From Fidelibacterota bacterium (GTDB lineage Bacteria > Fidelibacterota > Marinisomatia > Marinisomatales > JABMOV01), in assembly GCA_013203145.1 (NCBI GenBank), contig JABMOV010000021.1, positions 10,059 through 74,058 of the forward strand: DNA of 64,000 nt, in the 5' to 3' direction. Both the position numbers and the translations under genes were made by a program. The notes under the pieces are model-generated. The model saw only the letters and a list, made by a program, of their open reading frames with translations. It was not told the origin of the DNA and did no database searches. Of this stretch, positions 29,874 to 37,470 are shown one piece after another. Position 1 is the stretch's first letter. Each line of letters begins with the position of its first letter.

Positions 29874-29947
29874 ATTCTCCCCTTTATTTAAAATACGCCA
29901 ATTATGATGCTTTGTGGTGTTTACCCAACATTAGCTACCAGCAGGCA

Positions 29948-30379
29948 TCAGCCCTCAAACGGATTATCATCCTTCAATCGTTTTCCTAGACCAATGACAT
30001 GATCGTCGAAATACCCAATTGATTTATAAAATGCAATGACGTCCAGATTTGTCTCACGAACCTGCAAATTAATTTTTGGACATCCCTTCGCTTCGATTCT
30101 TTTTTCGATTTCCTTCATTATTTCTTTTCCATATCCCAGACGTCTATGGTTTTTGCCCACTGCTAAATAGTTTATCCAACCACGATGTCCTTCGTATCCA
30201 CCCATGACGGTTGCTACTATTTCTCCATTTTCTTAACCAACTAGAAATAAATCAGCGTCAATTTTTAACTTTCGTTCAATATCTTGACTAGGGTTATTCC
30301 ACGGTACAACAAGTTCACATTTTCTCCATAACGCAATTATCGCATTTTCATCTTCATTTTTGAATTCACGTATTTTCAT
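29948..30379 (-). pseudogene. ypeA: YpeA-like GNAT N-acetyltransferase interrupted by one in-frame TAA (codon 49)
   Basis: The track has only the distal 85 aa. Reading from the ATG at 30379 gives [70 protein letters not shown]..., collinear with E. coli YpeA (...[24 protein letters not shown]; recalled). I checked all 58 upstream codons; the only stop is at 30235-30233. Confidence 0.85.
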
Positions 30380-30387
30380 TATTTAAT

Positions 30388-30442
30388 GGTTAACATTGTC
30401 GCTCTTCGGCTTTACCCGCACACGCAGCAGCAAGTGTTAGGT
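30388..30442 (-). other. attC-like recombination site (55 nt imperfect palindrome)
   Basis: Minus strand reads ACCTAAC-ACTTGCTGCTGC-GTGTGCGGGTAAAGCCGAAGA-GCGACAAT-GTTAACC. Outer boxes fit RYYYAAC (7/7) and GTTRRRY (6/7). The inner arms pair imperfectly with unpaired bases. It starts 15 nt after the ORF's TGA. Confidence 0.45.
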
Positions 30443-31509
30443 TTACTTTTAGATTTTTCATTTTATAAATATATTAAAATCTAACTTATTGTATAACTCT
30501 TTTGGATGATTACCAATAGTTGCATGAAATATATTTTCTAGATATATTTTTTCTGAATCATCCAAACAATTCCAAAGGCGAGGTGACATATAAATATTTT
30601 CTATATAACAAACTAGTAGAACAGAGATTACTATCCTTTTTCTTTCCTCTGATAATTGTTCAATTTGCTTAAAAAAGCGATTATACTTCGCAATATCGTT
30701 CTTTGTACAACTCAATAGTACAACTGTGTTATTTTTCTGTGGAAATACGGTTATAAACATAAATGATAAATAGGAATGCAGACGTGGTAAATCATTAATC
30801 ATATTTCCATTTAAATCATAATCTACAGTTGGTGCTCCAGAAGCCGCAATTTCAAACCTTTCATTAAACCTGACTTCATACGTCTTAATCTTATAATATC
30901 GGTTTTTCAATAAATTTGTATTGAAAGCCACTCTCAATTTTTCCATTTGTTCGAAAGAATCTTTTGCTTCTTCCGATAATCTGCCAAAATAGTTAATATA
31001 ATAATTATAAAAGTCATTTGTGTTAGGTGGCTCAAATTTGAAATATTTCTTCAAAAATTCACTGTCATGATTTGAATAGACTTCAAATAGTTTATCAAAT
31101 AATGTGGATTGATATTTCTTTGCATAATAATCAAATGAAAACGCTCGATAAGCAAATAGAAATTGTTGTTCCAAATTGCTACTTTGATATTCTTGTATTT
31201 CTATAGGCTGGAATATTTTCATGTCATGATATTTACAAAATCCAGAAAAAGTAGAAGCTTTCTTTTTACCAATTGCCAATGCTTTTACTTCTAATTCCTC
31301 TGACATGGAATCATGATAAAACCTTAATACTTCACCATTCTCAGAAATTGAATTAAGAATTCTATTATTTTGAACTGAGTGGGCTTTTACTATTTTCTTT
31401 TCACAATTCTCATCATCGTAGATACATATTTTTGGAAGCAATTCATTTTTTAATCTATTATAACCTGTACTAAAATTATAAAAAGTGTTCATTGGTTAAG
31501 TAAACCTAA
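30394..31509 (-). mobile_element. Putative integron-type gene cassette (1116 bp, AT-rich)
   Basis: Boundaries are at G|TT of GACAATG|TTAGGT (5') and GACAATG|TTAACC (3'). Cassette start TTAGGTTTAC is the exact complement of GTAAACCTAA at the attC-like R'' end. Deleting 30394-31509 fuses the split 14-mer TGGTTAA/CATTGTC into the single copy seen at 30387-30400. Confidence 0.4.
30458..31492 (-). CDS. Orphan 344-aa protein with N-terminal Cys/His cluster; function unknown
   Basis: Long uninterrupted ORF in a very AT-rich segment. C23-x6-C30-x7-H38 and C86-x2-H89-D90. No signal peptide or TM and no family I can name. No SD; the ATG lies 3 nt after the stop of the 37-codon ORF. Confidence 0.8.
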   Translation of the reverse strand: MNTFYNFSTGYNRLKNELLPKICIYDDENCEKKIVKAHSVQNNRILNSISENGEVLRFYHDSMSEELEVKALAIGKKKASTFSGFCKYHDMKIFQPIEIQEYQSSNLEQQFLFAYRAFSFDYYAKKYQSTLFDKLFEVYSNHDSEFLKKYFKFEPPNTNDFYNYYINYFGRLSEEAKDSFEQMEKLRVAFNTNLLKNRYYKIKTYEVRFNERFEIAASGAPTVDYDLNGNMINDLPRLHSYLSFMFITVFPQKNNTVVLLSCTKNDIAKYNRFFKQIEQLSEERKRIVISVLLVCYIENIYMSPRLWNCLDDSEKIYLENIFHATIGNHPKELYNKLDFNIFIK

Positions 31510-31609
31510 CATTGTCAATATATGGAAAATTTTGACTTATATCGCCCTTATAGACGGATGTGAATTCATCTATTTGCAACTTATTGAAATCGGGAATTAT
31601 AATTGACAT
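31496..31609 (-). CDS. 37-codon ORF closely preceding the orphan gene
   Basis: My own translation: MSIIIPDFNKLQIDEFTSVYKGDISQNFPYIDNVRFT. AGGAG lies 6 nt before the ATG. Its TAA is 3 nt before the next ATG. It is below the track's size cut-off. Confidence 0.4.
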   Translation of the reverse strand: MSIIIPDFNKLQIDEFTSVYKGDISQNFPYIDNVRFT

Positions 31610-31776
31610 TTTTATACTCCTTAATCCTGAATCGTGCTAAACTGGATTTTTAAGAAAAATAACGACGAAGATTATCACTGCTCATAACGAGAAGCAATTT
31701 ATATTTGTCAGTAACTGAGTTAGTCTAATTTATATATAATATTGAGTTTTACGTGTCAATCAGACACGAAAGCGGG

Positions 31777-32850
31777 CTAGTACGAAACGCCCAATAATCC
31801 AAATATCCAACGAGGAGAAACAGTAAATGTTAAAATATGGCTGGAGCCAAGACTTGATCCCGATGGGGAAGGTTTATAAGTATAATCAATAATCCAATTT
31901 TCTTTTACAATGCCCAAACCACCCGTCAATTCGCTGGTTTCAGAAAGTCCGGTTCGAATCCTTACCGATGGTTTTGGTGCTAATTCCAATCCAACCCGAT
32001 AGCTACCGCTACTGAACTGGTCGCCTACAAATTCGCCATTCAAATCAAATACAATATCGGTAAAAAAGGATGAAGGCCAATTCATAAGTGGAACGGTAAA
32101 ATCTCCTGCGAGTCCTGCCATTAAAACGGGCAATGCTCTTTCGGTAGTTCCATTGTCCCAGACCAGCCACGATGTGGTCACATCGGATACGGCGGCACCA
32201 ACTGAAATGGTTTTCCAAAGATTTCGTCTCGCGCCAACATTAAATCCGATTCCATTGGCATAATGGGTATCAATGGAATGAAAAAGACCTTTAACTCCCG
32301 CACCCACCGTCCAGTCGTTCATTTTCCAGGTTGTGCTCACGTACAAACCCCATTGCTGCTGATGAAAGTTGGTGATTTTATCTGCATCCAGCCGTTCACC
32401 TTCATCCAAAACGCCATTTCCTTCACCGGCGTCTTGCGTGCCAGGGATGCCGTCCGCGCCCCAGTCCATCAAACCATCAACTGTATTGGGAATTCCGCCC
32501 ACGTATTCCTGCAATATCACAATATTGATGGGTCGGGCAAATCCACGATTAACAGAAAATGCCAGTAAATCATGTTGAACGGTTCCACCAAATCGGCTCT
32601 GATGGGCATAACTGAAATCGTCTCTCACGGCAAATGCATCATTGGCAGGATTTACCAATACCGATGAAATACTTTTTCCCTGCGCTACTTGAGCTCCCCC
32701 CAGGGATAAGATTCTGGCGTCACCCGGTTGGTCATATAGTTGCCAGCCGTACTTCACCCATTCTCCGGCAAAAACCGAGGATAAGATCACTACATTGAAA
32801 ATGGTTAATCGAAAAATTGACGATAAGGTAAAAAGTTTTAATATTGTCAT
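31777..32850 (-). CDS. Outer-membrane beta-barrel protein (PorV/FadL-like)
   Basis: Track ORF 31777..32901 starts at a GTG inside a repeat element. The ATG at 32850 gives the signal peptide MTILKLFTLSSIFRLTIFNVVILSSVFA. GDARILSLGGAQVA...VLVNPAN resembles the PorV/FadL barrel N-terminal motif, with alternating beta-strand patterns to the C-terminus. Confidence 0.65.
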   Translation of the reverse strand: MTILKLFTLSSIFRLTIFNVVILSSVFAGEWVKYGWQLYDQPGDARILSLGGAQVAQGKSISSVLVNPANDAFAVRDDFSYAHQSRFGGTVQHDLLAFSVNRGFARPINIVILQEYVGGIPNTVDGLMDWGADGIPGTQDAGEGNGVLDEGERLDADKITNFHQQQWGLYVSTTWKMNDWTVGAGVKGLFHSIDTHYANGIGFNVGARRNLWKTISVGAAVSDVTTSWLVWDNGTTERALPVLMAGLAGDFTVPLMNWPSSFFTDIVFDLNGEFVGDQFSSGSYRVGLELAPKPSVRIRTGLSETSELTGGLGIVKENWIIDYTYKPSPSGSSLGSSHILTFTVSPRWIFGLLGVSY

Positions 32851-32956
32851 TCTGAGAGAGCGGAGTGACCGAAGAATCTTATGTGTTGTTTTGTTAATCA
32901 CTTTTTTTACTTTACAATTGTTTGAGATTCTTCATTCGTAACTCATTCAGAATGAC
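32846..32956. repeat. REP-like composite inverted repeat (GTCATTCTGA...GAAGAATCT / AGATTCTTC...TCAGAATGAC)
   Basis: Outer arms of 10 bp (32846-32855 vs 32947-32956) and inner arms of 9 bp (32871-32879 vs 32925-32933) are perfectly complementary. The arms are separated by 45 nt. It lies between the mutS stop and the barrel gene and overlaps that gene's ATG. Confidence 0.75.
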
Positions 32957-32969
32957 TGGGCTGATGTGT

Positions 32970-35567
32970 TTAAACACCATGTTTTTTCTTTAATTCATGA
33001 AGTTGGTTGAGAGCTTCGATAGGTGTCATATCATTGATATTAAGTGATTTCAATTCTTCTTTGAGTTTGCTTGTTTGTTCATCGAATATATTTATCTGGT
33101 TCGACGAAGAATATTCAGGAAATGTTCCCGGTTTTTCTTCGGTCTGATTCAAATGATAGTCTAAAATCTCTGTGGCACGATGGATAATAGATTCAGGTAA
33201 TCCTGCCATTTGAGCCACATGGATTCCATAACTTTTGTCCCCGGCTCCCGGTAAAATTTTTCTCAGGAACACAATTTTATCACCAAACTCTTTCACGGCT
33301 ACATGATGATTTTCCAACCGCTCTAACGTATGTTCCAGATCAGTGAGTTCATGATAATGTGTGGCAAATAATGTTCGCGCCTGCACTGCTTCTGTCTCAT
33401 GGATGTATTCGGTGATGGCCCACGCCAGCGAAAGTCCGTCATAGGTCGCAGTCCCTCGACCAATTTCGTCTAGTAATATCAAGCTATGGGCCGTAGCATT
33501 ATTCAAGATATTTGCCGCCTCATTCATTTCAACCAGAAATGTACTTTCTCCACCAGCCAGATTATCGCTGGCACCAACTCGCGTAAATAAATGATCCACA
33601 ATTCCGATAGTGGCTTCTTTAGCCGGGATGAATGATCCGATTTGTGCCATCAAAACGAGTAATCCGATTTGCCGCAAATAAGTGGATTTCCCTGCCATGT
33701 TTGGTCCGGTGATGAGATGAATCTGATTTGTTTCCGCATCCATCACCACATGGTTAGGTACAAATCGCTCTGTTGCAGACAGTAATTTTTCAACCACAGG
33801 ATGACGACCATCTTTAATATCTAAAACTCGTTGTTCGGTGAGAACCGGGCAAACATATTGATCTCGTATTGCCTGATAAGCAAACGAGAGCAAAACATCA
33901 ATCCGGTTTAAAATACGAGCATTGGTTTGGATATTGTGACTTTCTTGTAGAACAGCCATACATAATTCAGCAAATAATTCTGCTTCAATTCGTTCAATCT
34001 CACCTTCGGCCGTGAGGATTTTTTCTTCATATTCCTTCAGTTCCTGTGTGATATAGCGTTCCGAATTCACCAGCGTTTGTTTACGGATATATTCTTCCGG
34101 TACGCGATCCTGATGGGTTTTTGTGATATCGATATAATAACCAAATACACGATTATAACTGATCTTTAATGATGGAATTCCTGTGCGTGCCCGTTCTGAT
34201 ATTTTCAGTTCTTCGAGCCATTTTTTTCCACCAGAAGCTAATTCACGGAGCTCATCCAACTGGGGGTGAATCCCTGCTGCAATAACGTATCCCTGCTTAA
34301 GTTGAGCAGGACAATTTTCATGCAATTTCTTTGAAATTTCTGCGGCTATTTTTTTATTGGATACAAATTGTTTAGACAGAGTCTTTAGGGGTTTTATTTT
34401 GTGCGATTCTAATGATTTCGAAAAGTCAGGAATCTGTAGAAGAACATCGCCCAAAACAGCCAATTCCCTTGGGGAAACCTTAAACTTGGAAACTTTACCG
34501 ATAATTCGCTCAATGTCAGGCACATCTTTTAAGAAAGATTGTGTTGAATCAAGAATACTTTTGTTGTCGTAAAATGCTTTTACAACATTTTGGCGAGTCT
34601 GTAGCTCCTTTAAATCAGTGATAGGTTGATACAACCAGCGACGCAACAGCCGACCACCACCAGCCGTTGACGTTTCGTCCAGATTATCGATTAACGTACC
34701 ATGCGTGCCTTGCGTGGACAGGCTGTGAAATACTTCAAGGTTGCGAATCGTAAATCCATCAAGTCCCATCAATCCTTCATGCCGAATCGGGCGAATCAAA
34801 GTTACATGATCAAGTTTCCCATTCAACTGTTCACGGATGTACGTTAAAACCACACCTGCAGCAGCGATGCCGTCGCGCATATCGTCGCATCCAAAACCCT
34901 TAAGCGAATTGGTTTTGAAGTGATCAATTAATGTTCGGTATCCCTGCTCCGGATCGAAGTACCAACCTTCTACCTGTGAAACAAATGGTCGAAGTTCACG
35001 ATACCAGTTGGTCAGCGAATAAGTAATCTCATCACTAATAATTATTTCCCGAGGATTAAATCTTCTTAAAGCGTCCGTAATAAAATCAGGATGACTTTCA
35101 CCCATAAAAAAGTCGCCTGTGGATTGATCTAAAACGGCATATCCTGTAACAGTTTTACCGGGAGCAATACATGCAATAAATTGGTTCGTTTTTTGTCCCA
35201 GATCATGATCGGTGGATAATGTTCCAGGTGTGACCACTTCCACGACTTCTCTTTTTACAATTCCTTTTGCCAGTTTGGGATCTTCAACCTGTTCGCAGAT
35301 TGCAACTTTGTATCCCGCATTAACAAGTTTGGGTAAATAATTATCCAAAGAATGATGAGGAAACCCAGCCAGAGGAGTATCAGCTGCTGCACCATTTGAT
35401 CGTTTGGTTAAAACGATACCCAGAATTTTCGCTGTTAATTTGGCATCTTCATTAAACGTTTCGAAAAAGTCGCCCATTCTAAAAAGTACAATACAATCTT
35501 CATATTTGGATTTTACATCCAGGTATTGACGCATTAAAGGAGTTCCTTCTGATGTGACCTTAGCCAT
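32970..35567 (-). CDS. mutS: DNA mismatch repair protein MutS
   Basis: 865 aa. TPLMRQYLDVK..., Walker A GPNMAGKST, C-terminal dimerisation helix. Confidence 0.96.
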   Translation of the reverse strand: MAKVTSEGTPLMRQYLDVKSKYEDCIVLFRMGDFFETFNEDAKLTAKILGIVLTKRSNGAAADTPLAGFPHHSLDNYLPKLVNAGYKVAICEQVEDPKLAKGIVKREVVEVVTPGTLSTDHDLGQKTNQFIACIAPGKTVTGYAVLDQSTGDFFMGESHPDFITDALRRFNPREIIISDEITYSLTNWYRELRPFVSQVEGWYFDPEQGYRTLIDHFKTNSLKGFGCDDMRDGIAAAGVVLTYIREQLNGKLDHVTLIRPIRHEGLMGLDGFTIRNLEVFHSLSTQGTHGTLIDNLDETSTAGGGRLLRRWLYQPITDLKELQTRQNVVKAFYDNKSILDSTQSFLKDVPDIERIIGKVSKFKVSPRELAVLGDVLLQIPDFSKSLESHKIKPLKTLSKQFVSNKKIAAEISKKLHENCPAQLKQGYVIAAGIHPQLDELRELASGGKKWLEELKISERARTGIPSLKISYNRVFGYYIDITKTHQDRVPEEYIRKQTLVNSERYITQELKEYEEKILTAEGEIERIEAELFAELCMAVLQESHNIQTNARILNRIDVLLSFAYQAIRDQYVCPVLTEQRVLDIKDGRHPVVEKLLSATERFVPNHVVMDAETNQIHLITGPNMAGKSTYLRQIGLLVLMAQIGSFIPAKEATIGIVDHLFTRVGASDNLAGGESTFLVEMNEAANILNNATAHSLILLDEIGRGTATYDGLSLAWAITEYIHETEAVQARTLFATHYHELTDLEHTLERLENHHVAVKEFGDKIVFLRKILPGAGDKSYGIHVAQMAGLPESIIHRATEILDYHLNQTEEKPGTFPEYSSSNQINIFDEQTSKLKEELKSLNINDMTPIEALNQLHELKKKHGV

Positions 35568-37467
35568 GCATCAATTCCTTCAATTTTTCTCCAGGGATTC
35601 TGTCATTTCCTTTGCGTTCAGTAATCTGAATTTTATCCAGATATTCGAATAATGGGATTGCCGTTTTGCGTGTTAAATCCGTTAAATCTTTGAAATCAGA
35701 TACAGTCAAAACGCTTTTCGAGTCAAACCAGTTGCTAATGTCAGTCACCAATTCATCAAATCGTGATTTGGATAGCCACCATCCTTCCGACATTTCAATA
35801 ACCAGATTTCTACCCTTTAAGACATGTAATAATTCTTGTGTAAGGTTTACATCCACAGACATAGCCTCAGCAATATTCTTTGATGGAAATGGTTCAAAAT
35901 GATTCTTATTACAGGCAGCTAAAATTGATTCAGCAATCGATTCATCATTTTTGGAAAGAGATATAGAATGAGATGATAATGCATATCCAGACTCTACCGC
36001 TTGGATGGATTCATTTTCCAAACACAACTTTATGGCATATTCGAAATATTTTGCATCGACATTCAACGAATCAGAGAATTGCTTCCGCCCAAGAAATGGT
36101 CTGTACGGATGCTTTTTATGAAATGCATTCAGCGTATCTTCCAATTCTTGAGTCAATAATTTCAAATCTTCAGGATGATAAATTTTATTTGTGCCTGGAA
36201 TGGTTTTCAGATCAAATTGTATAATTAATGAATCTATCCGTTCTTGAGACTGCTGGAAACGAATCGACCATTCTTTAGCCGATTTCGGTTTTTTTGATTC
36301 ATTCCTAACAAACCACTGGAAACGATCCTCAAAATCTGTCGGGATTGATAGAATATCTTTTTTTACTCTTTTAAGCACTTTATTTGGTTTTGGATCAAGA
36401 ATTTTCCCGCCACCCAGAGTTTCCATTGGAGAAAATGAGCGTATTATAAATCTGTCATCCATAGTAAGGGCAACAGATTCTTCGAGCAAAAAAATACATT
36501 TCGCCGATTGTCCTGCTTCCAACGGGGATTCCGATAACCAAACACGACACATGACTTCAGTGGTACCAAAATGGATACGTAATCGTTGACGATTTTTGAC
36601 TTTCCAGGCTGTTTTTTTCAATAGCGACATGTCGCCAATAAATCGATTCGTAACAACACTTCTGCCAACAGATGTTACTTCTGTACCACGAGAAAGATCG
36701 GATTTTTCAATCCCAACCAAATTAATCGCCGCACGATCGCCCATCGACACATTTTTTTTGGACATTCCATGGGATTGTATTCCACGAACTTTTGATTGAA
36801 TATCACCTGGTTGAATTTCAACGGTATCACCCACCGATAATGAACCGGAAATAACCGTTCCAGTAACGACGGTTCCGAAACCAGATTTTGAAAATATTCT
36901 GTCCACCGGCAATCGAAAATAACCACGATCACCACTTCGATTTGATTGGCTTACAGCCTCCAACAATGATTTTCGAAGGTCTTCGATACCATGATTCTCC
37001 GAAATGGAAGTCCGAATAATAGGAGCGTTTTCCAGCATGGTGTCTTTAAGCGATTCTCGTAAATCTTCTTCAACCAAATCCAGCCAATCCGGGTCTTCCA
37101 CCAGATCAATTTTTGTCAAAGCAATCACACCTGATTGTATTCCCAGCAAATCCATAATATGTAAATGTTCAAGTGTTTGAGGCATAATACCATCGTCAGC
37201 AGCGATTACCATGAGAGCAACATCTATGGTGGCGACACCAGCGACCATATTTCGTATAAATTTTTCATGCCCCGGTACATCGATTATGGTGACGTTTTCA
37301 TTGAGGAATGCAAAACCAATATCAATAGTCATGCCGCGCGCTTTTTCCTCTGCCAGACGATCTGTATTTGTCCCGGTGAGAGCGAGAACCAAAGATGTTT
37401 TTCCATGATCGATATGTCCGGCCGTGCCGATAACAACTTGGGTGGGTTGCCGATCAGAGAGAGTCAT
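35560..37467 (-). CDS. selB: Selenocysteine-specific translation elongation factor SelB
   Basis: 635 aa. GTAGHIDHGKTSL GTPase domain followed by winged-helix repeats. Adjacent to selA. Confidence 0.9.
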   Translation of the reverse strand: MTLSDRQPTQVVIGTAGHIDHGKTSLVLALTGTNTDRLAEEKARGMTIDIGFAFLNENVTIIDVPGHEKFIRNMVAGVATIDVALMVIAADDGIMPQTLEHLHIMDLLGIQSGVIALTKIDLVEDPDWLDLVEEDLRESLKDTMLENAPIIRTSISENHGIEDLRKSLLEAVSQSNRSGDRGYFRLPVDRIFSKSGFGTVVTGTVISGSLSVGDTVEIQPGDIQSKVRGIQSHGMSKKNVSMGDRAAINLVGIEKSDLSRGTEVTSVGRSVVTNRFIGDMSLLKKTAWKVKNRQRLRIHFGTTEVMCRVWLSESPLEAGQSAKCIFLLEESVALTMDDRFIIRSFSPMETLGGGKILDPKPNKVLKRVKKDILSIPTDFEDRFQWFVRNESKKPKSAKEWSIRFQQSQERIDSLIIQFDLKTIPGTNKIYHPEDLKLLTQELEDTLNAFHKKHPYRPFLGRKQFSDSLNVDAKYFEYAIKLCLENESIQAVESGYALSSHSISLSKNDESIAESILAACNKNHFEPFPSKNIAEAMSVDVNLTQELLHVLKGRNLVIEMSEGWWLSKSRFDELVTDISNWFDSKSVLTVSDFKDLTDLTRKTAIPLFEYLDKIQITERKGNDRIPGEKLKELMHG

Positions 37468-37470
37468 TAT

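Noticed and set aside
30435-31511. The 12-bp perfect inverted repeats (TGTTAGGTTTAC / GTAAACCTAACA) as terminal inverted repeats of an IS or MITE.
   Set aside because: The enclosed ORF has no transposase motif (no DDE or HUH) that I can see, and no direct target-site duplication flanks the repeats. The repeat coincides exactly with integron-type core sites, so the cassette model explains more. It is kept as the alternative hypothesis.
32851-32901. The N-terminal extension of the barrel-protein ORF (MINKTTHKILRSLRSLR...). The first 24 codons of the tracked TamB ORF (63732-63803) are a similar case.
   Set aside because: The first is a translated arm of the inverted repeat. The second starts inside a terminator hairpin. 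In both cases internal ATGs give proper signal or anchor sequences.
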